Shown: piece by piece, positions 1-12,087 of the stretch
How the letters are laid out: the number at the start of each line of letters is the position of its first letter
How positions within the stretch are numbered: the stretch's first letter is position 1
From: Mobula hypostoma
Lineage: Eukaryota
Direction: 5' to 3'
DNA: 64,000 nucleotides
Assembly (NCBI RefSeq): GCF_963921235.1
Contig: NC_086097.1
Coordinates: 72,728,001 to 72,792,000, forward strand
Notes under the pieces: generated by a model
Seen by the model: the letters and a program-made list of their open reading frames with translations, nothing else
What the model was told of the DNA's origin: nothing
Database searches by the model: none
Position numbers and translations under genes: made by a program

Positions 1-262
1 ATGACAGTGTTGCTCACTGCACTGTTTGCAACAGTGACTTTTCTATTGCCCATGGTGGGTTAAGACTGTAAAAGACATGTTGAGGTGAGTTTAACAGGTG
101 TCATTCGTTATTAGCATAGCTAACATTATTTAAACTAGCTGGCTAGCTGCTAAGGAGCTACTCTATTGCAGACATCCCACCTCTCCCGGAAGTTCCAGTA
201 GTCTCCCGCAAATTGATGGTGCTACCTCCCTGAAATGAGTTTTTGCAGGGTGGGATGTCTGC
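1..262 (+). mobile_element. Right end of a non-autonomous hAT-type DNA transposon with a BED-like zinc-finger exon remnant (truncated by window start)
   Basis: Positions 3-84 read DSVAHCTVCNSDFSIAHGGL/DCKRHVE across one frameshift and are followed by a GTGAGT donor. A perfect 14-bp inverted repeat is present: GCAGACATCCCACC (168-181) / GGTGGGATGTCTGC (249-262). Confidence 0.6.
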
Positions 263-1058
263 CTAATCATGTGTTTTGGCATATTTTGGCATGCTTGCTC
301 CCTTTTCTTGGTCAGGTTCCACCCACTGAGAAGCCGGACAGGGTCCTTGGCCCTTCCTGCTAAGCTTCACTATCGGTCATTTCTCTTTGCCATTCCATCA
401 ATGTGATGATGTCATCAACATGCACGTCTGCTTTACTGAGAGAAATTGGATCAAAGAATTGCAACCTGTGATGCTTAATGTTAAAGCACTGTTAAACAAG
501 GAGTGCATCATGTGGAAAGACACTTGTAAACTAAATGGCCGTGCTGCAAAATTGTTTTTGCTTTTATTCATTCCCTAGCATTTTAAATTGTTGATGACTG
601 GTGGCCCCTATAAAAGCGGCAGTACCTGTGATTTAGATACGGTCGATTGTGGCTCTGATGAATACAATGAACTACACTGCTGGGCTTCTCCATAGCCTGA
701 GAGTGACCATCAAGTCCCTCCATTTAACCTTTTCCCTTTTCCCTCATTTCCTCCCTCTAACTAATTTTCTCCCTGCCCCATTGATTTCTGCCTTCCATTT
801 CTACTTTCTCTCCCTCATTATTCTTTTCTTTTTGCACTGTTTATTTATTTCTTAATTTATAGTAATTTTATGTTTCTAATGAGGCCAATGTGGGAACCAC
901 AGATTCTTTCACAGATGGGGCAAGTGGTGTCCAACAGAGGCGGAACAAGTGGATAGTTTAATTGCTGTTGCTTTGCAATATGTGGTGCTCATTAATCACA
1001 CAAAGTAGTTGAAACACAATCCCTGAATTAGGAACCTAAAAGTATGTTAGTTTAATAC

Positions 1059-1186
1059 GCAAACACGAGGAAATCTGCAGATGCTGGAATTTCAAGCAAC
1101 ACACAGAAAAGTTGCTGGTGAACGCAGCAGGCCAGGCAGCATCTCTAGGAAGAGGTACAGTCGACATTTCGGGCCAAGACCCTTCG
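1059..1186 (-). mobile_element. Penelope-like element 3' terminal fragment, truncated inside the hammerhead core
   Basis: Matches the PLE termini at 24361-24490 and 30900-31030. It has an 11-bp TSD TAGTTTAATAC at 1048-1058 and 1187-1197. Confidence 0.9.
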
Positions 1187-2361
1187 TAGTTTAATACACA
1201 ACTTTTGTACCCAGAGTGCTTAAGTATGAGGGACTTAGCTATGCTGAATCTAGAGGTAAAAATCTTTCAAAGCTTGAATCACAGTTTAAATGTTATGTGT
1301 TTGAAAGAAGCCAAATATTTACTTAGCATTGTGCAAAGCTCAAGACTGGTCTAAAAAGGTAATTGGCTTTTCAATACTTTCTATCCTGCAGACCAGAGTA
1401 TAAAGCAATGACCTTAATTGGAAGGCTGCTTCAGATAAGCTCTGATGAATGAACCAGGGCATGAAAGCATTCTTATCTAGCAGAAAAATAAATGAAAGAG
1501 AGAGAAAGTTATTTGTACGGAAAAAAGTCAACTAAACTGTGGTGTTTCTTCAGCAGTAGATTCATCACTGAAGTGGTGGTCCATGCCTCCAAAAATGAGG
1601 GAATTGTTTTAGAAAAGTGTGTGTCATATTGCTCAAAATCTCCTCTGTAAAATATGCAAAAGCTGCTTGTCGGGAAAAGAACACACACTGATTGAGAATC
1701 AAGCCATTTTTAATTTAGAAATTTACTTTACAAAAGTGTCACGATAGTTCTGTTGAACATCGGAGTAGCACGCAATATTTTCTATAACTTCTGCATATGA
1801 AAATAAACAAATATTAATATTTGGTGAAACTTTGAGAAAATGATTATAAAATCTTGAAATTTAGAAGGTACAGCTTTAACAACTCAAGGGTTAATTGTGA
1901 AGGAGGGAGAAGTGGGCTGATTTTGGCACAGCCATACAGTCTCCTTGAAGATTCATGGCAAGAAGTGTCTTGCAAATGATACAATCTTTTAAATTACAGC
2001 AAGCCTCTTGTGCAGTGTGCCAATGTATACATTCCAGCCTTCTGCTTATCTGTTTGTGCAAGATTCCAAAGTGATGACCACAAGACGCACAGAACCTTTG
2101 ACATTCAGCAGCTTCACAAATCACCTGGAATACTTTTTCACTTCACATATCAGCAACCCTTTCAACATTGGTGATAAATAATCTCTCATTGCCATTACCG
2201 AAAAGAAGCTTCATCATCAAATAGGTCTTCAGCAGCCAAGTCCCTTTAAAATGAAGAAGGTCTGCATTCATCTTTTTATCTTACTGTGTAAGAATTGTAA
2301 ACAAGTCTCACTACCAGTTTGCACTGAAACCCAAAACCATTCTTTTTTTTGCTGAATATCT

Positions 2362-2580
2362 TTCTGGGTGCTCCAGTTTCCTCTCACATCCCAAGATAGT
2401 TAACTGGCCACCATAAATTGTCCTTTGTGTCCAGGTGAGTGATAGAATGTCAGTGAGGTTGTAGGGATTGCGAGGAGAATAAAAATGAATTTGGTATAAT
2501 GTGAGTGTAAATTAGTCATGGATGGTCAGTATGAACTCAATGGGCCAAAAGGCTTGTTTTCATGCTCTGCAACTCTGTGA
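2362..2580 (+). mobile_element. V-domain SINE (HE1-like), 5'-truncated, CR1-type tail
   Basis: V-domain motif GGGTGCTCCAGTTTCCTCTCACATCCCAAGA, followed by a CR1-like tail ATGGGCCAAAAGGCTTGTTT. Confidence 0.7.
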
Positions 2581-2997
2581 TTCCTCTCGGGTCCTTTGCC
2601 TATGGAGGTCTTTCAATGCAGTGCTAACACTGTGGCTGCAGCCAGGCTGATAGAAGGCTGCTTGGGTATGTTTGGGCCTGCTTTCAACTGCATCACTTCC
2701 CCAAGAAGAACAGCAGCAGTTTGGACTGGCTGGCTAGGTGGCGACAGCAAGGGCTCAGTTAGAGTGAGAGTGGTTAAATGGATGGTCACAAACCATCTTT
2801 TTTCCAAAATATCACTCTTCTCATTGCAGCACCTCACCCACTGGGCACCATGTCATGGTTGGGCATAGAGCTATTGGTGAGAAACAGGCCACAACTTCCA
2901 TGCCGGGAAAGCTGGGCCCTAGTCTCAACATAAAACTTAGTTTGATGTATGTTCAGGGCCCTCTTATTTCTTTTGATACTTTCTGTATTTTTTTTAT

Positions 2998-3500
2998 TTA
3001 TTCATTCACAGGATGTGGGCATCACCAGCTAAGCCAGCATTTATTGCCCATCCCTAGTTGCCCTTGAAGATGGTGATGAGCTGCTTTCTTGAACTGCTGC
3101 AGTCCCTGAGGTGTAGGTACACCCACAGCGCTGTTAGGGAGGAAATTCCATGACTTTGACCCAGCAACAATGAAGGAGCGGCGATATGTTTTCAAGTCAG
3201 GATGGCAAGTGACTTGAAGGGGGATTTCCAAGTGTTCTGGATTTTGTAGATAGTACACACTGTTGCAACTGTTCGTCAGTGGTTGAAAGATTGGATGCTT
3301 GCAGAAGGGGTACTAATCAAGTGGGCTGCTTTGTACTGGATGGTGTCAAGCTTCTTGAGTATTGACAGGGCTGCACTCATCTAGATGAATAGCAAGTATT
3401 CCATTACACTCCTGACCTGAGCCTTGTAGATGGTGGACAGGCTTTGGAGAGTCAGGAGGTGAGTTACACACTTCAGGATTCCTAGACTTTGACCTCCCGA
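2998..3500 (-). mobile_element. L2/CR1-group LINE 3' fragment
   Basis: ORF 3022-3258(-) contains SFIVAGSKSWNFLPNSAV...FKKAAHHHL, a LINE ORF2 C-terminus. The minus strand ends with the tail GGGCAATAAATGCTGGC...CCCACATCCTGTGAATGAATAAA. Confidence 0.75.
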
Positions 3501-3578
3501 TAAACCTGCAATTGCCCGGCACATCTTGTTATGCGTGCTATTAAAATGGTGTAGACTGCTCCATCAAAGCTCTCAATG

Positions 3579-3803
3579 AAATACACGCAAGATGCTGGAG
3601 GAATTCAGCAGGCCAGGCAGAATGTTTGGAAGAGTAAACAGTCGACGTTTTGGGCCAAGAGCCTTCATCAGGACTGGAAGGGTTTCAGCCTGAAACATCG
3701 ACTCTTTACCCTTTTCCATGGATTCTGCCTGACCTGCTGAGTTCCTCCAGCATTTTGTGTGCGGTGCTTTGATCCAGCATCTGCAGATTTTCTCATGTTT
3801 GTG
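3579..3803. mobile_element. Fold-back (palindromic) mini-element made of two inverted PLE termini
   Basis: Arms of ~75 bp are reverse complements that meet at the hammerhead region. TSD AAAGCTCTCA(A/T)TG at 3566-3578 and 3804-3816. Confidence 0.85.
3640..3675 (-). ncRNA. Hammerhead ribozyme motif, probably inactive (G12>A)
   Basis: Minus strand reads AGTC CTGATGA AGGCTCTTGGCCC AAAA CGTC GACT. Confidence 0.7.
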
Positions 3804-4679
3804 AAAGCTCTCATTGGTGTCATTTTCAGAAGATCATAAGTGACGTCGCACTGCAGGGGTTTGGCACATTGATTACCTTAGCCCCCTAGAGCAGGTACTC
3901 TGCCCACTGACTAACCACTTACAAAAGCATGGGAGCTGATAATTGGTGAAACGTCGCAATAATGATAACAAGATGGAAGAGTCATCTTTTTAAACTGTAT
4001 TAGCTCATGTTTCCTAATACCTTCTGATATCCCCCAGCGTTTCTAAGGATGGTTGTATGTTCTCCCAGAATGTTTAATGCATAAACTGATGTGTTTCCTG
4101 CACAGTGGCACAGACCCTGAGCAATAGCTAGAAAAGAAAGAGACAAGGTGAAATTCCTATCATTGTACTACCTTTGTGCCATGATTGCAACTGGCACTCG
4201 TACAAGAAAACATAATTTTTGGCCTTAATGCTCCTTTTAAAATGAAACATCAGCAGCTGACAGATGGCACAGGAACACATGGGATGTGCTCAATAGAGTG
4301 AACATCCACAGGTTAGGGATGGATCACTTCCTGACGATGGACTTTAGATTCTTATGTCTAAATGGATGTGATACTCTTGTGATTCTGTTTACATATCCAA
4401 ATAATTTGTCTGTGCTAATTGCAAATTGCAGATCAATGAATGATTCACTTACTCAGCATACACCGCAACAGATTAATATTTATTATAGGCTTAACTAGTC
4501 CTGCCAGTTAAAAAAAAGAGAGAGAAAGCATTTGGAAAGTAAGTGCCTTCCGTATTGAAAGAAATAAGGAAACCTACTTTTCATTACTGACTAAGTGCTC
4601 AGAAAAAAAACATCCGATAGATTTCATTAAATTTTTCAGTCACCAGTGTGCTTTTGTATAAAATGTATGGTTCCATAAG

Positions 4680-5215
4680 GTTGTTCTCGCCAGGGTTGGT
4701 AATAGGGACAAGCTCACACTACCTATTAAATGCTCCCAATGGTGTGCGCCTCAAATAGCCTCTGACAAACAAGTCCAGCTCCTGGCCTTTATGTGTGGCT
4801 TAACTACTAAGCCTGGTGGAACCATTTCTACTGACAGAAGAAGGGGCAAATGTAGGCTACTGACACCTTAAAATCAGTCACTGGCAGTTCATCTAGGAGA
4901 GGAAAACTCTGATCTCAATCTTCCGCTGCCTTGTGGCTTTACCATTCATGGAGAAGGCTTCGGGAGTAACCCCTAAGGGAAAAGTCTGGAGCTGGAGTCC
5001 CTAAGGCAGTCCAATATTGAGTTCAATGCTGACTGGCAGCCCCTGCAACACTGCTCTATCGGTCTCTGCCCTTCCCTTGGGTTCATCAGATACGTGGAGA
5101 GGGGGAGCTTGCTACATGAGCAGCAGCTTGCTCTCCATATTGTATAGCCCGGGCTTACGTATCTAAACAGCTAGGACACAACATCCATGGTCAAGCCTGA
5201 CCAATGGAGGCCTCA
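4680..5215 (+). mobile_element. Non-coding interspersed repeat resembling an RTE-clade 5'UTR-derived non-autonomous element
   Basis: GC-richer block with the RTE-5'UTR-like motif CTAGGAGAGGAAAACTCTGAT...CCGCTGCCTTG. No ORF. Family assigned from memory only. Confidence 0.5.
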
Positions 5216-5599
5216 CTATAAAATATTAATTTTCCCGCTGTCAGATGTACATAGAGAAAATACACCAGAATTTAATTTACACTTTTAGTAGCTATATAGG
5301 AGCAGGAACACGTATAGGCCATTTGTCCCATGTATCCTCCCCACCATGTGATAAAGTCATGATCATCCATTCAACACCACCTTCCCTCTCTCGCCATATG
5401 CAATTACTTCTTGTAATTTAAATGTCTTCAATGTTCAAATGTCCTACATGCTTTAATATGATCACATATGATTCTTCACTATTTCAATGAGTATAGTCCA
5501 AACTGCCCAACCTTCCTTCATACATCAAGTACTTCAACTGAGAAATCAGTCTAGTGAGTCTTCTCTGCACGGACTCCAATGCAATCACACCCTTTCCCT

Positions 5600-5985
5600 T
5601 CTATCATCATCACCGTCATTACGTACGATGTCATATGATGCAGGCGATCATGGTCTCATGATCATGATTGTTCTTGGCAAATTTTTCTACAGAAGTCGTT
5701 TGCCATTGTTGCCTTCTGGGCAACATCTTTACAAGATGGGTGGCCTCAGCCATTATCAATACTCTTCAGAGATTGTCTGCCTTGCATCAATGGTTCCATA
5801 ACCAGAACTTGTGATATACACTAGCTGCTCATACAATCATCCACCACCTGCTTCCAAGACTTCAAGTGATTCTGACTGGGGGGATAAGCTGGTGCTACAC
5901 CTTTCCCAAGGATGGCCTGCAGGCCAGTGGGGGGAAGAAGCAGCCTACTCCTCCTTTGTAGAGTCATATCTTCATCTCGCCACCA
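5600..5985 (-). mobile_element. RTE-related SINE-like element
   Basis: Contains TTCTACAGAAGTCGTTTGCCATTG...CCTTC, similar to RTE/BovB-associated SINE motifs, with a (CAT)n end near 5603. Confidence 0.5.
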
Positions 5986-6499
5986 ATTTCCTTTCTATGG
6001 AGTTCAAAATTGTACCCAGTTATTGCTAATGAACTATTGAGTTTGATGATGTCATTTGCACAGTCTTCATTGATGAGCCCAAGTGTGGCTGGCAAAGCCA
6101 GCATTGGAGGTATACACTCAGAGACAGGGGTAGGATGGAGAAGATGCTGTGGCAGATGCAGATGTTGAGACCTTCCTGTGTTTTCTGGGTCAGGTGATTT
6201 GAATCCACCAACTGCTTTAAAAGTTAATATAGACCTTTTAGACAAAACACAGGAATCAGCCTGTTCTATTCTGAGCACTGATTCCAATGCAGGTACATCT
6301 TTCTCTTATATTGAAAGTTGCACAGAGTAGTACCCTGCCTACACGTATCAGAACTCCTCATTGATCTTCTATCTTTGAATGGAATTTAAAACTCTGATTA
6401 AGTAACAGATAATTTGGTGAAAACCCCAGCTAGTAGTTCTGTCACTTAAATCTTTAATATTTGTTTTGGCTCCCAGACCACATCCCCAATACCCCCTTC

Positions 6500-9168
6500 T
6501 CCCTTTCTGGTCATTACATAAAAACTATAAAGGATTTTGATTTATAATGAGCAGTGAAAGAAAATAGAAACTATAAATTCAAAGCAGGGACAAAATAATT
6601 GCAAATATTATTCAAATCTATTTAAAGCTAAAAATAAAATTATTTCTTTACTTAATTAGAGTAGAAACAATTTTTATCAACAATTTTAGAGTATACATTA
6701 GTAGTCCAACCATTCACTACTTCATAGCATTTTCACCTTTCAGTGAGATGGATGGGCTTCGTGCAGTGATGTCAGCTTCTCAGCAGTAGGCTGAATATCA
6801 TTTAGAAGGAGTCTCAGATCTCCACGTTCAGTAATTTGCTGTCTGTTTCGTTGCTTTGAAAGAATTTGGGCACTGAGACTGTGCTCCATAAGTATGATGT
6901 TGGAAAGGCAATAAAGAACATCTTGACCTTTTTCCACAGTGCAGGATAGCAATCAGAGATTACTTTCTGCAACCAAAAGTCTAGATATGATTTTTAAAAT
7001 CTCAGCATCAGCGTAAAGTCATTTTGTAGCAAGATCAGTTTTTCCTTCATCTGTCCTCATTACCAAGTGTTTAGGAATGGATATATTTTCCAATCTGGAA
7101 TGTGGATAGAGAGAAGATCCTGAAATCTCTCTGACATGCCTTTATGCTGCTCAGCCAGGTGGGCACAGTATACTTGAAGATAATCATCTGGTATTCTTTC
7201 TTACTTTTCCAATTCAGAAAGGCCTGGAAATTGGAAAAGGTCATGACAGCCAAAGTTGCATTTAAATTGGGTTAGCTTAGACAGAAAAGTGGAGATGACT
7301 GATTTGACTTTGATAAGATTCACATAATTTCATGGCAATTAAAGATTGATTTCATTAAACTTTGTGAAATAATTCTGACAAATAAGCAATATTAAGCTTA
7401 ATATTCTTGAGTTGATTACTGAATGAAGCATTCAAATCTTAAAAGAATTTTATGATAGTTTAAAAACCACATAAAAGCATCTCAGGCAGTTTTATTTAGA
7501 GAGACATCTAAATTCTGTGTGCAACTGCAAGCATTCAAGCTGTTGATCATTCTCAATATGAAGCTCTTGAAATAGTAGAAAATTGAGAGCATGGGTCTTG
7601 ATTTTATTTTCCACTCTGAAAACAGTATTTAATGATTTGTGCAACCAATCACTTTTTTTTGTGACAAGAGGTTGTCTGTGAATTACATAATGAATGGTAA
7701 ATATATTTTTACAGCTCTTTTTCAAGAAAGTAATAACCCCTCAGTGGCAGCCTGTCATTGATGGTGCCCCATCTGGAGCACAAGCAGGAATGTTGGTGAG
7801 CGGAATGCCCTACTCTTTGAAAGATTGCTCAGCAAGCTGAAATATTGACTCCCCCTTTGCATGTGTTTCTAGTCCCCTTGCAAATAACAACTATTGAACC
7901 ATGTTTTCAGCTTTTATGAACTAAATATAACCAAGAGGCAAAGATTCGTTGCCTGGCAAAGTTGACTCATCCAACTGCAGAGAAAATTCTGTTGTCCTAA
8001 GTATGTTGCACAATGTATCTTCCTCATTCTCAGACATTTCATCTATTTATCTTTGAACAGAGTTGCTGGTGAGCAGAATCACTTTCATTATTTGTTTTGG
8101 TGACTGATGCAAAACTGTACTCAAACCCTCCCTTACTGCTGGCAGGCTTAGTTCTTCTCCAATTATATGGGGCTTTCCAGATTTAGCAATGAGCAAAGAA
8201 ATGTTGTACAAAGCATTCAAACCATCAATGCTAGCAAACATGTTTTGAAGTGTTTTCCATTTTTCAAAGATTTCATGAAGTGATTGAAAAATAAACCAAG
8301 TTCTTGTTGCTTTATCAGAGTGTATTCTCTTCAAATGTTCAAGGAGCCTGGATGGTTTCATTACCTCAGTTGAAAAAAGATCACAAACCAGACGTATTTG
8401 CTGCTGTTGGTTGCTTGGTGCTGGTATAAATTCATATTTCAGATACTCCACATTATGCTGTCTACACTTCTTTCTCATTTTCCTCTGTCATATCATATAA
8501 CCATATAACAATTACAGCACGGAAACAGGCCAGCTCGGCCCTTCTAGTCCGTGCCGAACTCTTACTCTCACCTAGTCCCACCGACCCGCACTCAGCCCAT
8601 AACCCTCCATTCCTTTCCTGTCCATATCGCTGTCCTTTATAATATCCTTTATGATTAACAACTACGATCCAAGTACAGCCTCAATTTCTGCAACTGATAA
8701 AGGGGGAAGTTACGACATCTTCATAGCTCAGGCAAAACCTAACTCTCTGCCTGAAGGTACATGAAGTGGGGCAGTGATATCTCAGTTGGGCTGTGGGCTT
8801 GAGAAATGTGGTCAAGGCCATTTGAAAGGGAAGATTCTGAACTTTACCCCATTGAACACCATACCTTAATTCAGAGGAATTGCGTCACAGTGTGATTAGA
8901 GTATGGGAATTGTATTACCTAATACTGTGCTGCAGTAGTGAATGGCAATAATGTGCAGACTGAGCTTGGAATTTCTTCAGACCAGATTTCTCAGTCCACG
9001 TTTCTCCAGTACAGAGGTACCACATTGCTTCTTAACAAATATAGCGTGCATCGAACTAAGTCTAAGAGAGTGGTGGGTTAGCAAGTGAAGAGCTGGTTTT
9101 GTGATCATTGTAATCGATTATGAGGCACTGAGAATCAAATGCTTATAAATAATTAATTTCTTACGTTA
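6500..9168 (-). mobile_element. Decayed hAT-Charlie/Buster DNA transposon (ZBED5/SCAND3-like transposase pseudogene)
   Basis: Fragments read KKCRQHNVEYLKYEF, MKPSRLLEHL, SLLIAKSGKPHIIGEEL, IHYVIHRQPL, LHTEFRCLSK and RQQITERGDLRLLL. Many stops and frameshifts. Terminal inverted repeats not resolved. Confidence 0.9.
8490..8629 (-). mobile_element. Short CR1 3'-end insertion inside the hAT element
   Basis: (CATATAAC)n tail plus CR1 3'UTR (GGAAACAGGCC...GGCCCTTCTAGTCC). CTGTC is duplicated at 8485-8489 and 8630-8634. Confidence 0.85.
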
Positions 9169-9169
9169 A

Positions 9170-10757
9170 GCCCACAATCCCTCAGCTGCCCCTTCACCTC
9201 CTGCTTAACTTTTATCACCCCTTCAGAAACTCTCACCACTCTTAAGAGGGAGAGATCACCCACTCTGGGAACCACTGCCCTAAACCCTCCCCTCAAGGGT
9301 TCCTTCTATCCCTTGCAGGATTCCTTATATCCTGCTCAGGGTGACTTAAATCCCTTCCTGGAAGCTTTACAAAAGGTTATAGCTGACCTTCAGTGCAGCA
9401 GGTGGCACCTTCCTGCCTGACCACCATGGGGATGGATGCGGTCAGGGCTCCCGGTGAATGTGCTTGGCGGCCCTTTCCCAGTCAGGTGACCCGAAGTCAT
9501 ATGAACGCATTGCAGTACATTGGGGAAAGGGAAATATGCAGCAATGAATCTCACTACAGACACTGCTGCTGAGCACACGATCACTCTCGGCAGGGTCCTA
9601 GGATGTCAGTAGATGGTGTAGGGGGCTCACTTCTCCCTGCCCGGGAGGTTTCGTTGCAGGTGGCTATTGGACCTGGACAACCATGACCCATGACTGTCTT
9701 GTTGGAGGCATCTCCTGAGTGCACCTTGAGCATGAATGTCCCTACAGACAAAGGTTGTTTTACCTTCAGGGAGGCATGGGGAATTGTATTGCTGGGATGG
9801 ACAAAATGGGAGCCTTTGGTGATCTCACCCCCCCTCCCCCCACACACACCACAAAGGTGATGAACACCAAACGGTACAGAATCCCGAGAGGCACAAAGGA
9901 GATTGAGGAAACTGTAGATGCTCTGTCACAGGATGGGGTTATTCGCCCTGAAACCTGCCCCTATAATAGCCCATTGTGGCCAGTGTCAGGGGCAATGGGA
10001 CAAGGCACATGGCCATTGATCAGAGGGAGGCTGTTCTGGATGTGGTGACTATTATTGAGGACATAGGGGGTAGAGAGGGGAAGCACTGGTATGCACCAAT
10101 GGACCTGGCCAGTACCTTTGTCCACGTCCCACTGAGTCCAGAATGCTTTCACCGGAGAGAGTTGATAGTTGACCTTTTAGCACCTCCCACAGGGTCTCAC
10201 ATTATGCTATGAAATAAAGCCAGAGACAAGGAGGTTGGTGCACTGCCCCGTTACATGGACAGTGACTCCTAGTCCAATAGTACTGGGTCTTGTACTTTTA
10301 CATCCTATATCTAGCACAGTGGGGCATCCACAGGGATTATACTAGCAGATGTCACAGTGCCATGGTGTCACGTCTTTTGAGAGTGGAATGTAGTATGATG
10401 CATTAACGCTATCTGATGGTTGGAAGCCTCTGCTGCCATGTTAGTTGTCATTTGGCCCATCTGAAGAATGCTGCAGCTATTCCATTGGCTGCTGTTGGCA
10501 CCTCAGTACCGGCTTCCAGCATCAAAGTACTGCTATTTCTTCTCCCCTCTTCAGGGGCTCACCAAGGAATAGGTTGCGACCGGTGCTGCAGGAAGATTGG
10601 AAGTGTGCTGTAGATGGAGGGCCCTTGTGCACACTTAGGTAAGTATCTGTGTAACTTGACTGTTTTAGTGTTTATCTTTGTTTTGTTACTATAGTTAACA
10701 TATGTACCCATAGTCGGTGTTGTCTGTCCCATTTACCAAGTCCAAGAATCTGCAACA
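9170..10757 (+). mobile_element. ERV-L-like (class III) endogenous retrovirus remnant: protease, N-terminal RT, polypurine tract and 3' LTR
   Basis: Protease: IAVHWGKGN (VHWGKGN at 9515-9535), DTAAEHT (from 9559), VDGVGG and NCIAGMD. RT: KRYRIPRGTKEIEETVDALSQDGVIRPETCPYNSPLWPV and AVLDVVTIIEDI...WYAPMDLASTF. Polypurine tract GAGAGTGGAA lies directly before TGTAG at 10389. Confidence 0.8.
10389..10757 (+). repeat. Putative 3' LTR of the ERV-L-like element
   Basis: Begins TGT immediately after the polypurine tract and ends GAATCTGCAACA. No 5' partner LTR is found in the window. Confidence 0.6.
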
Positions 10758-11300
10758 GAGCTACAAAGTGCTTTAATGCAGTCTGAACCACACAATTAAC
10801 AATCTTTCTTCATTTCACAATAGTTTCCCGAGATTGCAGCAAAATCCTGTAAGCACATCAGTTCATACTCATTTGACAGAATAGGCGACATCTGAGATTA
10901 GGGTGCCTGTACTGTTCTTTGAGAATTTCTCATAGCCCTTCAAGTTCTATCCTTTCCAAGGATTTGTCCAGTTTCTTTCTGAGAATTGCTATTGGGTCTG
11001 CTAATCCAGTCCTTTGGGTAATACATTCTGGATCATAAACATTAAATTAGCTATTAGCTTGTCAGTGATGGGATTCCAATTTTTGTCTCCATGGAGACTT
11101 CAACCTAAATCTAGCAGCTTAAACCACTTGGTTACTAAACCTTCTGAAATGACGATCATTCATTTTCATTTAAACATGGGATTCATGTTTAAAAGGACAC
11201 GTATCAGGAAAGAATGGTCATTTTGCATACACCTTGGTCTTAGACTGGATGAGAGAAAGCTTGTGTTCAGAAGATGTATTGGCATAAATCAGGCAGAGGG

Positions 11301-12087
11301 TACACAAAATACAGGAGGAACTCAGCAGGTCATTCAGCATCTATGAAACTGAATAAACAATTGATATTTCAGTCCGAGATTGTTCATCAGGGCTGGAAAG
11401 GAAGGTGGGGGATGCCAGAATGAAAAGGTGGGGGATAGGGGAAGGTAGACAAGCTAGAAGGTGATAGGTAAAACCAAGTGGGTGGGAAAGGTAAAAGGCT
11501 GGAGAAGAAGGAATCTGATAGGAGAGGAGAGTGGACAATAGGAGAAAGGGAAGAAGGAGGAACACTATGGGGAGGTGATAAGCAAGTAAGGAGGAGGTAA
11601 ACTCCAGAGTGGGAAGTGGAAGAAGAAGGCGGGGGGGGGGGGAATAAAAGAGAGAAAAAAAACAGAATGAGAAACTGATGTTCATACCATTAGGTTGAGG
11701 CTACATAGACAAAACATGAGGTGTTTCTCCTCCACCCTGGCAAAAGAGGAGGTCGTGGACCAACATGTTGGAACAGGAATGGAGATGGGAATTAAAATGG
11801 TTGGCCACTGGGAAATTCTGCTTTTGGTGGATAGAGTGGAGGTGCTCAACAATGCGATCCCCCAGTTTACGTCGGGTCTCACCAATGTAGAGTAGGCTTC
11901 AAAGGGAGCACTGGATACAGTAGACAACCCCAACAGATTCACAGGTGAAGTGTTGTCTCACCTGGAACCCTGACTAGATGTGAGGGGGGAGGTGAATGGG
12001 TAGGCATAGCATTCCTCTCGCTTGCAGGGGTATGTGCCAAGAGGGAGGGATGAATGGACAAAGCAAAGATCACAAAGGGATCGCTGT
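11301..12087 (-). mobile_element. Older Penelope-like element 3' fragment (GIY-YIG region plus terminus)
   Basis: Co-linear with 30120-31000. Degenerate hammerhead CTGATGA...CTGAAA near 11365-11392(-). Confidence 0.85.

Noticed and set aside
4760..4860. HDV-like ribozyme in RTE-like 5' sequences (also ~38400-38620)
   Set aside because: It is plausible for RTE elements, but I could not build the nested double pseudoknot by eye. A covariance-model search is needed.
8047..8478. Domesticated ZBED5/SCAND3-like host gene
   Set aside because: Multiple stops and frameshifts and lost zinc ligands indicate a dead transposon.
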